Origin: Patescibacteria group bacterium
GTDB lineage: Bacteria > Patescibacteriota > Minisyncoccia > Phycocordibacterales > UBA1006
Length of the DNA: 64,000 bases
Direction: 5' to 3'
NCBI GenBank assembly: GCA_028286885.1
Contig: JAQBQS010000016.1
Location: 2,809-66,808 of the forward strand
In this document: piece by piece, positions 37,713 to 47,837 of the stretch
Layout: every line of letters begins with the position of its first letter
Numbering within the stretch: position 1 is the stretch's first letter
The notes under the pieces: generated by a model
Databases searched by the model: none
The model's input: the letters and a program-made list of their open reading frames with translations, nothing else
What the model was told of the DNA's origin: nothing
Made by a program: the position numbers and the translations under genes

Positions 37713-38618
37713 ATGCAAAAAATCATTCCTCATCTTTGGTTCGACAAGGAAGCCAAAGAAGCCGCAGAGTTTTACGTTTCCGTTTTCCCCGATTCGAAAA
37801 TCACGTCCGCAACCGTTTTGCACAACACTCCTTCGGGCGATTGCGACATGCTGTCGTTTGATTTGTGGGGATATTCGTTCATGGCGATCAGCGCGGGACC
37901 GATCTTCAAACTCAATCCGTCGATTTCGTTCATGGTTAATTTTGATCCGTCGCGCGATCCTGACGCCGCGAAGCATCTTGGTGAAATGTGGGAGAAATTA
38001 TCCGAAGGAGGAAAGGCACTCATGCCTCTCGGCGAATATCCGTTCAGCAAGAAATACGGATGGATACAGGACAGATATGGCGTGACGTGGCAGCTCATTC
38101 TGACGAATCCGAATGGCGAGCCTCGTCCGAATATTGTACCCTCGATCATGTTTGTCGGCGACAACACAGGCAAGGCGGAAGCCGCGACTTATTTCTACAT
38201 GTCGGTGTTCAAGGATTCAAAGCGCGGAACGCTTGCGCATTATCCCGCGGGAATGAAGCCTGATCCGGAAAGCTCGGTAATGTTTACGGACTTCCAGATC
38301 CTCGGCCAGTGGTTTGCCGCAATGGACAGCGGACGAAATCATGATTTCAAATTGAACGAAGCGATTTCATTCTTGGTAAATTGCGAAACGCAGGAAGAAA
38401 TCGATTACTACTGGGACAAGCTGTCCAATGTGCCCGAATCCGAGATGTGCGGATGGTGCAAGGACGCGTACGGATTGTCATGGCAGATTAATCCGGCCAT
38501 CATGAACGAGATTTTCAAAAACGGGACCGAGGAACAGATTGCTCGCGTTACCCAGGCATTCTTGAAAATGAAGAAATTCGATCTCGCGGAGATTGAGCGC
38601 GCTTATCGAGAAGGGTAG
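37713..38618 (+). CDS. tandem VOC-family (PhnB-like / 3-demethylubiquinone-9 3-methyltransferase-domain) protein
   Basis: MQKIIPHLWFDKEAKEAAEFYVSVFPDSKI... typical PhnB-like start, repeated in the second half (NIVPSIMFVGDNTGKAEAATYFYMSVFKDS). Confidence 0.55.
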   Translation: MQKIIPHLWFDKEAKEAAEFYVSVFPDSKITSATVLHNTPSGDCDMLSFDLWGYSFMAISAGPIFKLNPSISFMVNFDPSRDPDAAKHLGEMWEKLSEGGKALMPLGEYPFSKKYGWIQDRYGVTWQLILTNPNGEPRPNIVPSIMFVGDNTGKAEAATYFYMSVFKDSKRGTLAHYPAGMKPDPESSVMFTDFQILGQWFAAMDSGRNHDFKLNEAISFLVNCETQEEIDYYWDKLSNVPESEMCGWCKDAYGLSWQINPAIMNEIFKNGTEEQIARVTQAFLKMKKFDLAEIERAYREG

Positions 38619-38693
38619 ATATAAACTCTTGACAATATATTTTAAATATGATATATCAGTCAGGTAAGTTATTTAAAAACAAAATAAACCAAT

Positions 38694-39068
38694 ATGAACT
38701 TAAACCCGCAAACAATCAACATTTTTGTCCTAAGGAAAGGATTCTACGAGGCGGTCATATCGACCAAGGATGACATCAGCCGCAGCCATGAAGAAAAACT
38801 GACGCTCGAGCTCGAATCTGCAAAACCGTGGAAGCGCGGCCTTCACTCGGGCCAGTTCGGTTCCTTCAGCGCCCCAAACGAAGAGATACCAAAGTACAAT
38901 GATGATGACTATTACTTCCTCAACATTAAGGATATCTTAGGAGAGAAGAAACCTATTTATCTGGCGCTCGAAAAGCAGCATGTAGAAGATGGAGGCGAGC
39001 ACTTCGCGAGCGATATCAGAAGTTCTCTGGGAAACCATAGGTCAAGAATGCTTCTCTTTGTGGACTAA
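38694..39068 (+). CDS. hypothetical protein
   Basis: 124-aa ORF; followed by two terminator hairpins at about 39091-39122 and 39137-39172. Confidence 0.3.
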   Translation: MNLNPQTINIFVLRKGFYEAVISTKDDISRSHEEKLTLELESAKPWKRGLHSGQFGSFSAPNEEIPKYNDDDYYFLNIKDILGEKKPIYLALEKQHVEDGGEHFASDIRSSLGNHRSRMLLFVD

Positions 39069-39170
39069 AAGCTGATGCAACAAACAGAAACCCTTGCTTT
39101 TCAAGCGAGGGTTTTTTATTTGCATTTCCAAATTAAAAAACGCACAAGACAATCCTTGTGCGTTTGTGTT

Positions 39171-40412
39171 TTACAGGAAGGTGAACTTGCCGTTCTCGTA
39201 GATGACCACCTTTGATCCGTCTTCGAGCGTAGCCGTCACCTTGCGATTGGCGGTGCTTATGATGTCGGTATGGACTTTCAGGCATTTGTTGAAGCCTCTT
39301 TCTTCCCATTCCTCGTCGCTTACATTGATGATCGGACCGTTGAGCGTATCATGGTACGACATGCCTACGGCGATGTGGGTGTTTCCGAACTCGCCTCCGA
39401 TGTTTTCATCGTAGAGCGTCACGGCCATGAATTTTTCGATTTGCGAGTGCCTGCTGTCAGTGAGCGAGAATTCGCCGAGCTTATTGGCTCCTTCGTTCGC
39501 GATCATTTGCAGGAGCGCGTCTTGGTTTTCCGTCGCGGTTGCCTGGGTGATGACGCCGTTTTTGAAATAGAGTTCGATGCCCGAGATGCGGTTGCCTGAC
39601 CAATAGAGCGGCTGGTTGAACCTGATCCAGCCTTCCGTGCCGCGCCAATCCGGCGAGGTGAAGACCTCGAAGCTCGGGATGTTTTTCCCGCTGCCCGCGT
39701 TCCATTTCCGGTCGGAACCGATCTTGATCTTCAGATCGGCGTCCTCGCCTTCGATATGCACCCACTGGATTTTCATGTCGGTGAGCTTTTGCTTTACCTC
39801 GGACATTTCTACTTGCAGGCGCTTCCATGTGCCGACAGGATCTTCATCCTTGAGGTAGCAGGCCTTGATGATCTGGTCCCAGTACTCTTCTGTCGACATG
39901 CCGGCTTCTTTTGCCATGGACTCGCTTCCATAGAGGCAGAGCGTCCAGTCCTGTTTGCCTTCGGCTTCTTTTTCCTGGCGCCACTTCATGAAGGGGGATG
40001 CCACGCTTGATAGTTTCGCAACTTTCTCGGCAGGCAGCCCTTCTGTGTTGTGGACGTCCGGCTCGCAGATGATGAACATGATATGATCGGCCTCGTCGCA
40101 GACGCCTTTCCATACCTTGTTTGCGAAAAATCCGAGCTGCTCGTCGCTTCCGAGCTCGATGAGCTCACGCGAAAGACCGTAGCGGCCGATCTCGTTCGGC
40201 AGGTAGCTTGTGATCGCATTTCCCCCCGATCTCCATATTTCCTTCAAAACGGCCATGAAAAGCGGCTTGGTATATTCGCATCCGGAAAGCCAGACGGTTT
40301 CGCCGGGCTTGAGGCCTTTGCCTCCGCCCATGGCATAGTGCACCATGACCTTGGCATATTTATCAAGAATGTCTTGGTCGGGAGTGTAAGCACCCAGTAG
40401 TTGTTTCTGCAT
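39171..40412 (-). CDS. aminopeptidase, M29 (AmpS/aminopeptidase T)-like
   Basis: 413 aa; N-terminal ...YAKVMVHYAMGGGKGLKPGETVWLSG... pattern of M29 thermophilic-metalloprotease family. Confidence 0.5.
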   Translation of the reverse strand: MQKQLLGAYTPDQDILDKYAKVMVHYAMGGGKGLKPGETVWLSGCEYTKPLFMAVLKEIWRSGGNAITSYLPNEIGRYGLSRELIELGSDEQLGFFANKVWKGVCDEADHIMFIICEPDVHNTEGLPAEKVAKLSSVASPFMKWRQEKEAEGKQDWTLCLYGSESMAKEAGMSTEEYWDQIIKACYLKDEDPVGTWKRLQVEMSEVKQKLTDMKIQWVHIEGEDADLKIKIGSDRKWNAGSGKNIPSFEVFTSPDWRGTEGWIRFNQPLYWSGNRISGIELYFKNGVITQATATENQDALLQMIANEGANKLGEFSLTDSRHSQIEKFMAVTLYDENIGGEFGNTHIAVGMSYHDTLNGPIINVSDEEWEERGFNKCLKVHTDIISTANRKVTATLEDGSKVVIYENGKFTFL

Positions 40413-40503
40413 TGTTATTTGTTTTTGGTTAAGAATTCATATGCGGTTGTATCATTCTAAAATAATAAAGTCAACATATAGTGCGGGTCATTTCAGAATT
40501 CAT

Positions 40504-41094
40504 CTAACCATCATTGATATCAGGATGAAGCTCCCTGATATTGCCGTTTTGCAAATGGCTTAATGCCTTAAGGTACGCCGCGTAATCTTCTTTGGAAAAA
40601 GTAACGAGAAAGCCGGAATGATTATTCTGCAGATGCTGGTATTCTTCGCGAAAATGTTCGAAGTCCCTCTCCATCTCGTCAAAAAACCACGTTACGATGA
40701 TCAGCATTTCCTCGCGGGTCTTCTTGTCGGTTTCATTTTTTTGAAACACGCCAAAAACGGATTTGAACGAAGAGAGAACGAATATTGTATGTTGCTGCGA
40801 GCTCAATTCGGCGAGCTTGGCCCGGTATTTGGCCATAGACGGAATATCGTCCGCGTCGCTGTTCATTTCGGAAAGAGTTTCTTGGCTCGGAGAAAACAAG
40901 TCTTCAAATCCAATCGTTTCGAATGTCGCGTTTTCGAATTTGCCGCTCTCTGCCATCGCTTTCAGCAAAGCATCATTCGCAATCTCCGAAACCATCGTGC
41001 AAAAACCGGCGCGGCTTATTTTCCGCGCGATCGTGCTTATTACCAAAGGATCAGTGCGTTCCTGATTATTTTTAGGACCGATCCATTCTTTCAT
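40504..41094 (-). CDS. hypothetical protein
   Basis: 196-aa ORF. Confidence 0.3.
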   Translation of the reverse strand: MKEWIGPKNNQERTDPLVISTIARKISRAGFCTMVSEIANDALLKAMAESGKFENATFETIGFEDLFSPSQETLSEMNSDADDIPSMAKYRAKLAELSSQQHTIFVLSSFKSVFGVFQKNETDKKTREEMLIIVTWFFDEMERDFEHFREEYQHLQNNHSGFLVTFSKEDYAAYLKALSHLQNGNIRELHPDINDG

Positions 41095-41206
41095 TGAGTT
41101 GATGATACCACGCGGAAATCAGATTTCATAAATCGCACTATTGACTTAATCAGAAAATATGCTATTCTTGCATCGATTTGTATTTTTGAAAATTAAATAA
41201 AAAAGA

Positions 41207-42283
41207 ATGGCAGATTTTGAAGAAATTAAAAAAGCTATAGAAGAGAAAAGATTTGTTCCAGCAAAGCCTAAGGAAAGACCAAATGAAAAAGAAGTAGAGA
41301 TCATCAAAAGTCTTGATGAGGCAAAAAAGTTAAGAACAACAAAAAAAGCTGACGGCAACGGATATGTTTTCGTAAACGGAAACAGACCTGCCGAGATCGA
41401 ACTCTATACGCTTGGCATGAATCCATCGGGCAATAAATATCCCAGTATTATCAAAGATTTGGGCTCCCTCGTATTTCCTCCTCAAACGATCATTTGCGGA
41501 GAGATAGCATTTGAGGTCGATGGGAAGCAGAGGCGCTCCGAAATAGGGAGGATCAACAGCTCTGGGTTAAAAAATGCGTTGAGGCTTCAGGAGTCCAAGG
41601 AAATCATTCCCGAGCTTTTCCTATTCAATCCATTAATGTGGAACGGCAAAGACATTACTAACTGGTCGTATGACGACCGTTTCGAATGCCTTGCCGAACA
41701 TCTTGCGAAGAAACGTTTTGATTACGTCAAACTGATCGAACTTTTAAAATGCTCATTGGCTGATGCCCGCGCAATGGCAAAAGAAAAAGAATGGGAAGGC
41801 CTTGTTTTGGCCGATGCAGAATCCATGACCGGTTTTTCTATCAAGGAAACAGCGGATGAGGATGCACCAATTCCGCGGACGAAAGGCCTTTGGAAAGACA
41901 AAGAAGGATTACTTCTTGATTTCGTCGCGTATGACGTTAGGTTCAGTACTGCAAAATCTCGCCTCGGTGCAATAAAGGATTTCAAAATCGGCATCATCGA
42001 TCCGTTTACGAAAGAGATCATTCCTTGCGGGAATTGCGGAAAGCTTCGAGTGTCGGATGCCTTTGCATATGCTGATCCGAAAAAGCTACCTGTAGCCGTC
42101 GAGGTTAGATTTGAGATGTGGTCACATAACGGTGTCCCGCTCACTGCAAGCGTCGAACGCATTCGCGAACCAAAAGACAAGCATTACACACAGTGCTTTG
42201 CGTCAGAAGAAGACATGGCGGAAATTCTTTTCAAGAATACAAGAAAGAGAATCCCTCTCTCATCGATCAAACCGAAAAAGTAA
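41207..42283 (+). CDS. small ATP-dependent DNA/RNA ligase-like nucleotidyltransferase
   Basis: Motif I KADGNGY (KxDG), motif III IICGEIAF, motif V WEGLVLAD (EGlvlK-like); 358 aa. Confidence 0.4.
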   Translation: MADFEEIKKAIEEKRFVPAKPKERPNEKEVEIIKSLDEAKKLRTTKKADGNGYVFVNGNRPAEIELYTLGMNPSGNKYPSIIKDLGSLVFPPQTIICGEIAFEVDGKQRRSEIGRINSSGLKNALRLQESKEIIPELFLFNPLMWNGKDITNWSYDDRFECLAEHLAKKRFDYVKLIELLKCSLADARAMAKEKEWEGLVLADAESMTGFSIKETADEDAPIPRTKGLWKDKEGLLLDFVAYDVRFSTAKSRLGAIKDFKIGIIDPFTKEIIPCGNCGKLRVSDAFAYADPKKLPVAVEVRFEMWSHNGVPLTASVERIREPKDKHYTQCFASEEDMAEILFKNTRKRIPLSSIKPKK

Positions 42284-42384
42284 CACTTACATCCTCTGGT
42301 ACGCCAGGGGATTTTTCTTTGTAAGATTTGATCTTTTAATGCATACTGCTCGGCATAAACCCTTCGCCTAAAAAATATTACCCC

Positions 42385-43395
42385 TTGCTTGACGCCGTGC
42401 GCATATTCGCGGCGTTTTGGGTGATGAATTTCCATTATTTCGGCGAGATTGGAATATCCAATAGTGTCACATGGTACCGGTATGGAAATCTTGGCGTGCA
42501 GCTCTTTTTCATCGTCAGCGGATTCGTAATCGTCCAGTCGCTCGAAGGCAAAACGTTCAAGGAATTTGCGAAGGGCAGATTCGTGCGCCTGTTTCCGCTG
42601 TTTTGGTTTTTGTGCACGATTACGTTTTTGCTCACTCTTGTCGTGCCCTATGCGGATCATGTGAACATTGGCGGATACCTGACGAACATGACCATGCTTC
42701 CGGATCTTATCAATAAGTTTTCGCACGGCACTCTGGTCGATGCGTCGTACTGGACGCTGACGGTTGAACTTTTATTCTACGTTGGCATCGGATTATTTTG
42801 CTCGTTGTTTTCTTATAAAAATATTCGCATCTTTTTGGGCGGATGGCTTCTTGTCAGTATTGCTGCGTTTGCGTTTCATGCGGATCAGAACTTTTACGTA
42901 AAGCTGCTGTTGGTTCGCCATGCGTCCTATTTCATCTTCGGAAGCTCCCTTGCGTTGATTGCGACGAAGCATGCTAAGAATGCTTTTGAAAAGTATTTCG
43001 ATTGGATGTTATTGGGCGGGAGTGCCTTATACTCTCTGGTTATCAATACAGTCGCCATTCCTCCGTATATAAACGTAAATTCGCACGACAGCATTATTGT
43101 CACATGTCTTCTTATTATATTCTTTGCGGGAATTCCGCTTCTGGTCTATGTGTCGTCACGAATAAAAAATAAAAATATGATTGGATGGCTTGCGCTTCTC
43201 GGCGGGCTGACGTATCCGGTGTACTTGCTGCACCAACGAATCGGAACGCTCGCTATTAATTATTTCACGGGCAGGTTTGCCGTTTCTCGCACTGTGTTTG
43301 TCATTTTGTTTGAAGTCATCGTCATCCTTCTTGCATACGTGATCTATCGCCAAGACAAAAAAGTGCGCGCGTGGCTCGGCAAAAAAATCGGCTAG
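42385..43395 (+). CDS. acyltransferase 3 family membrane protein
   Basis: Multi-TM; ...AVRIFAAFWVMNFHYFGE... typical acyltransferase_3 start; N-terminus may extend upstream. Confidence 0.45.
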   Translation: MLDAVRIFAAFWVMNFHYFGEIGISNSVTWYRYGNLGVQLFFIVSGFVIVQSLEGKTFKEFAKGRFVRLFPLFWFLCTITFLLTLVVPYADHVNIGGYLTNMTMLPDLINKFSHGTLVDASYWTLTVELLFYVGIGLFCSLFSYKNIRIFLGGWLLVSIAAFAFHADQNFYVKLLLVRHASYFIFGSSLALIATKHAKNAFEKYFDWMLLGGSALYSLVINTVAIPPYINVNSHDSIIVTCLLIIFFAGIPLLVYVSSRIKNKNMIGWLALLGGLTYPVYLLHQRIGTLAINYFTGRFAVSRTVFVILFEVIVILLAYVIYRQDKKVRAWLGKKIG

Positions 43396-43471
43396 AGGAT
43401 TTGCAATTCTCGCAATTTGATTGTATGATCACTCGTGAGTTTTTTCTTGTATAACCAAATAATTAAACAGC

Positions 43472-44794
43472 ATGAAGACAAAAGTCCTCGTTATTGGTGC
43501 CGACGGGCGCGCAGACGCGCTGGCACGCCAAGCAAGCCTTGGAATCCATTTTTCACATCTGTACGCATTGCCCGGCAATCCGGGAACCAAGCGATGGGCG
43601 ACAACCATCAGCGGTTCGATAACTGATTTCGTAGCCATCGAAAAGGAATGCCTCAAGCACGGCATCACGACGATCGTAGTCGGTCCGGAAGATCCGCTTG
43701 TAAAAGGCATCTCGGAGTATTTTGCAGCCAGCCAATCGTCTGCCCATATCAAAATCGTGGGACCATCTGCCAAGAATGCAAAGATCGAAGGCAGCAAGGC
43801 GCATGCGAAACAATTTATGGATCGCCACGGCATACCGACAGCGCCTTTCCAGATTTTCAAGGAAGACCAGCTGGAACTGGCCAAGCTGTACATCGAACAG
43901 CTGACTGTATTTCCTACTGTCATCAAGGCCGACGGCCTGGCTGCAGGAAAGGGAGTCCTCATCTGTCATACGCCCGAAGAAGCGCTTGCGGCAGTAGAAG
44001 GCATGCTCTCCGGTGCCAAGTTCGGCGATGCGGGAAAGACGATCGTCGTCGAGGAATTCCTTCCGGGAAAAGAAAGCTCGTTCATCGTCATCACTGACGG
44101 AACGGGCGCGTGGAAACTTCTGCCTTTGGCACGCGATTACAAACGCGCGGGCGTTGGCGACACAGGTCTCAACACAGGCGGCATGGGTGTCATCTCGACG
44201 CCGTCTCTCGTGACGGAATCATTCAAGCAGATTGTCACTGAACGCGTCATCGAGCCTACGATCCAAGGATTTATCGCCGATGGAACTCCCTACAAAGGAT
44301 TCCTTTACATTCAGCTCATGGAAGTAGAGGGACAACCGTTTGTTGTCGAGTACAACTGCCGCCTGGGAGATCCTGAAACGGAAGGCATCCTGCCTCTGAT
44401 CAAGAGCGACTTCAGCGAACTTCTCGCGGCGTGCGCAAACGGAACTCTCAAGTATACGAACCTGGAATTCCATGAAGAATGTTCGGCTGTGATCGCGATT
44501 GTTTCAGGAGGCTATCCCGGGGACTTCGAGAAAGACAAGAAGATCATGATTAATAAGTATGCGATCGGCCGCATCGGATGCAACATTTTCTTCGCAGGCG
44601 CGAAAGAGGAACATGGCGAACTTGTTACAAGCGGCGGCAGGGTTCTGTATCTGCAGGCCAATGCCCCTACTCTCAAGGAAGCGTTGAACCGCTGCTATGA
44701 AGCTGCCAAGCATGTCTTCTTCGACAATATGTACTTCCGTACCGACATCGGCGCCGAGGTGCTTGCGCTTGAAGCGATCGGACAGGAAGCATAA
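43472..44794 (+). CDS. purD: phosphoribosylamine--glycine ligase
   Basis: MKTKVLVIGADGRADALA... ATP-grasp PurD architecture; 440 aa. Confidence 0.85.
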   Translation: MKTKVLVIGADGRADALARQASLGIHFSHLYALPGNPGTKRWATTISGSITDFVAIEKECLKHGITTIVVGPEDPLVKGISEYFAASQSSAHIKIVGPSAKNAKIEGSKAHAKQFMDRHGIPTAPFQIFKEDQLELAKLYIEQLTVFPTVIKADGLAAGKGVLICHTPEEALAAVEGMLSGAKFGDAGKTIVVEEFLPGKESSFIVITDGTGAWKLLPLARDYKRAGVGDTGLNTGGMGVISTPSLVTESFKQIVTERVIEPTIQGFIADGTPYKGFLYIQLMEVEGQPFVVEYNCRLGDPETEGILPLIKSDFSELLAACANGTLKYTNLEFHEECSAVIAIVSGGYPGDFEKDKKIMINKYAIGRIGCNIFFAGAKEEHGELVTSGGRVLYLQANAPTLKEALNRCYEAAKHVFFDNMYFRTDIGAEVLALEAIGQEA

Positions 44795-44894
44795 TGAGCA
44801 TCTTCGAATCCGCCTTAACCGGTGGATTTTTTAATGGCATTATCCGACCTCATGGCATTTTACCCCCGCTCCTTTTCGTGATAGCATCAATGGT

Positions 44895-47501
44895 ATGAAT
44901 CTCAATCCTAAAAACTGGTTCGAACTCCAGCAGAAGCGCAAGGCGGTGCGGGCGGACTTGGCCAAGGAAACCGGCATGCGATCCTCCGAGGCTCTCGACA
45001 AAAGCGCGGAAGCCGACGGCATGAACGACCTTCTCGGTGCAATTGCGAGCGGAAACCTCGCGAATGTTTCGCTCGACACCGGAGCCGTCGACGGCGTCGC
45101 AAAATCGGAATATGTCAGGCATCTGCAGGAAACGCTGCGGCAATTGAACGAGGAAGCCGAGAAGTTCGGCCCGGTGACCGAAGAGTCGGTCGAAACCTAC
45201 CGCCAGCAGTCAGGCGAGCATTACGCCTATAAGAAAGTGAACCAGGAACTGCTGAAGCTCGACACTCTGCGCGAGGAGACGGACCGCGCGATTTTCGAAA
45301 TTTTGAAAAACGGCAAGGGCGAAGGCTTTACGCGCATGGACGAAGCGAAGCTCGCCGAGTACGAGAAGATCAAGGGCGCGATCACGAACCGGACGGCGTC
45401 GCTCGAACAGAATCCGGAAACGGCGCTGTTCGTGCGCATGCACACGCTCGACTCGTACCACGATCAGCTCGTCAAGGAAAACTACATCGAGACGCCGTCG
45501 CGAACGGAATACATCGACTGGATCAAGGACCAGATGAAGAACCACCGCGCGGTGCTTCTTGAAGGCGCGACGGGAACCGGAAAAACGGAGCTTCTGATCC
45601 ATACGTCAAAGTCGCTTCTCGGCAAGAACAATCCCGAGATATTGGCCGGAAATCCGCACGTTACGAAATACGATCTCTTGGGAAGCCAGGGATTGGAATC
45701 CGACGAGCATGGAACGAAAACCGTCGACAAGCCTGGATGCCTGCCGCGAGCGATGAAGGACGGCAACCTGCTGATCCTCGACGAGATGAACCAGATCGAA
45801 ACCAAGGTCCGATTCGCGCTCAAGCCGTTTTACCGCTACTCGGGAGTCCGCGGCGGCGAGGTTTCCGTCGAAGGCGTGAACTATCCGGTCAACGACGGAT
45901 TCCTGATCGCGGCTACCGCGAACCTCAAGAGCGAAAAGCACAAGGACCGCTTCGACCTGGACGCGGCCGAGTCGCGCGTATTCGCGATGAAGCGCATCGA
46001 GTACCCTCCGCAAAACGAGCTGTACGACATGGCGCTCGCGGCGCTCCGCAGGAACGACGGAACGTACCTCGTCTCCGAAGGTTCGGCGAAATCGACGCTG
46101 AAGTATCTGGTGGACGCGGCGCGCGACATTCAGGAAGGCTACGAGAAAGCGCTGTCCGCGGGATTTGACCCGTCATCCGGAAAGAAGACGTCGCTTGAAA
46201 AAGCGGTGCTCGATCCCGGCGAATTCATGGCAATGGTCAAGTCGTACACGGCATCCTACGCGTCCGGAAAAACATTCGAGGACCACATCGACGCGCGATT
46301 GGCCGATTTCGTCGCCAAAGGATCGTACCCGGAAAAAGACCGCGTGCTTCTCGCGAAAATTCTGACGTCGAAGGGATTCCTCTTGAAAAACTTTGATCCC
46401 GAAATGCTCCATTTGACGGACGACACGCTGCGAGATTCCCTTGCCCAGTGGCCGATGCCGGCGCAAGACACCCTTGTCCGCGAGCGCGGCACGATGACGG
46501 AACGCGAAGCGGCGATGCTCGATCCGTACGAACTGCGCAAGGAAATGATCGCGAAAACGACCGACAGCTTCGTCGGTATGATTCCCGAGGAAGAAAAGCA
46601 GATGATCCTCAACGCGGCGGAGCGCGGCATCAATTATCTCGAAGCCAAGGAAGCGATCGGGAAAGAAAATTTCCTCGGTCCCGACGAGATCAAGTTCCGA
46701 TTCTCGATCGACGTCAAGAACGCTCCGAAGGTTCCGTTTTCAAAACAGGAACTCATGGACGCGAAAAAGCTCGGCCAGCAGCTGGTTCTGTACGTCGACA
46801 AGACGAAAGACGGCAAGCCCCTGACGATTTCCGCCATGCGCGAGCAGACGAAAAACAAGACGAGCCAGGCAACCGGACTCTTCGCGGACGGCGACGATTA
46901 TTTCAAGAACAACGGGCTTGATCAGGAAACGCCGCGCGTCGGCTGGCGCCTGACTTCCAAGGAGTGCCTGCCGAATTCGGAAAACAAGAACTATTTCGGA
47001 CAGACGCAGGTTGCCGTCGATTACTTGAAAAACGAAGTCTTCAAGGGAACTAAAATTCCCAAGGAATACGCCGAAGCGTTCGACGAATGGGAAGCGGTCA
47101 AGAAAACGAATCTCAAGGAGCAGTCCGAATCGGGCGACAGCGCGAAATGGATGGCCGCGTCGCAGCAGCTCGCGAATCTCAAGATTACGCAGCTGACCCG
47201 CGAGCGATTGTCCGAAGTCATGTACCGCCTCGCGATTCAGGAATCGAAAAACAAAGAGCGTTTGCTCGATTCCGCGGGCCGCACGGTCTACTATACGTGG
47301 ACGAGCTCCCGTGGTTCCGATGGCGACTTGGCTCTCGCCGGCCGCTTCGATTCCGACGGCGTGGATGTGTGCGCGGGTGGGAGCCGAGGGATTCCGGCTC
47401 GCGCATCGGGGTTTGTCTCTCTCGCAGTTGAATTTAGGATATCAGGAATTTTTGAATCATGCGGAACAAACCGCCCGGATAGGGCGGTTTGTGGCGAATG
47501 A
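44895..47501 (+). CDS. AAA+ ATPase (AAA_5/MoxR-like) with long C-terminal extension ending in a DGR variable region; VR is frameshifted as assembled
   Basis: Walker A GATGTGKT, Walker B LLILDEMN; C-terminal ...YYTWTSSRGSDGDLALAGRFDSDGVDV... overlaps VR; in the TR-matching frame the protein would end ...IGVCLSRS* at 47431. Confidence 0.6.
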   Translation: MNLNPKNWFELQQKRKAVRADLAKETGMRSSEALDKSAEADGMNDLLGAIASGNLANVSLDTGAVDGVAKSEYVRHLQETLRQLNEEAEKFGPVTEESVETYRQQSGEHYAYKKVNQELLKLDTLREETDRAIFEILKNGKGEGFTRMDEAKLAEYEKIKGAITNRTASLEQNPETALFVRMHTLDSYHDQLVKENYIETPSRTEYIDWIKDQMKNHRAVLLEGATGTGKTELLIHTSKSLLGKNNPEILAGNPHVTKYDLLGSQGLESDEHGTKTVDKPGCLPRAMKDGNLLILDEMNQIETKVRFALKPFYRYSGVRGGEVSVEGVNYPVNDGFLIAATANLKSEKHKDRFDLDAAESRVFAMKRIEYPPQNELYDMALAALRRNDGTYLVSEGSAKSTLKYLVDAARDIQEGYEKALSAGFDPSSGKKTSLEKAVLDPGEFMAMVKSYTASYASGKTFEDHIDARLADFVAKGSYPEKDRVLLAKILTSKGFLLKNFDPEMLHLTDDTLRDSLAQWPMPAQDTLVRERGTMTEREAAMLDPYELRKEMIAKTTDSFVGMIPEEEKQMILNAAERGINYLEAKEAIGKENFLGPDEIKFRFSIDVKNAPKVPFSKQELMDAKKLGQQLVLYVDKTKDGKPLTISAMREQTKNKTSQATGLFADGDDYFKNNGLDQETPRVGWRLTSKECLPNSENKNYFGQTQVAVDYLKNEVFKGTKIPKEYAEAFDEWEAVKKTNLKEQSESGDSAKWMAASQQLANLKITQLTRERLSEVMYRLAIQESKNKERLLDSAGRTVYYTWTSSRGSDGDLALAGRFDSDGVDVCAGGSRGIPARASGFVSLAVEFRISGIFESCGTNRPDRAVCGE
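47304..47428 (+). repeat. DGR variable repeat (VR)
   Basis: 125 nt matching TR 47696-47818; all 16 substitutions fall at TR adenines, plus a 2-nt length difference (VR TGCGCG vs TR AACA). Confidence 0.85.
47469..47497 (+). other. GC hairpin downstream of VR (DGR homing-associated stem-loop)
   Basis: ACAAACCGCCC-ggata-GGGCGGTTTGT about 40 nt after the VR 3' end, position typical of the hairpin/cruciform that enhances DGR retrohoming. Confidence 0.5.
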
Positions 47502-47695
47502 AAGTGTGCTAGAATGATCCGCACCGGGAATGCGAAGGCATCAATGATGCCTTTCCCCGAAACATACATTACTGCTTGCCTTCCTCTTCGCGCGAGTATT
47601 TCGACAGCCGCGGCGCGCGCGAAAAAATGACATCCTCGACCTTCTTATGATAATTAAGAACGAAGAAGAACTGACCCGGACGGGGGAAGGCAACA

Positions 47696-47818
47696 AGCTC
47701 CCGTGATTCCGATGGCAACTTGGCTCTCGCCGGCAACTTCGATTCCGACGGCGTGAATGTGAACAGGTGGAAGCCGAGGAATTCCGACTCGAACATCGGG
47801 GTTTGTCTCTCTCGAAGT
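47696..47818 (+). repeat. DGR template repeat (TR)
   Basis: Adenine-rich counterpart of VR, with AAC codons at the variable positions; shared 3' IMH-like end CATCGGGGTTTGTCTCTCTCG. Confidence 0.85.
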
Positions 47819-47837
47819 GATAACATGTCAAACGAAA

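Noticed and set aside
43429-43962. 177-aa minus-strand ORF
   Set aside because: Antisense to purD.
47087-47431. 114-aa plus ORF ending ...IGVCLSRS
   Set aside because: Not an independent gene. Its 3' end is the TR-matching reading frame of the VR, used here as evidence for the VR frameshift.
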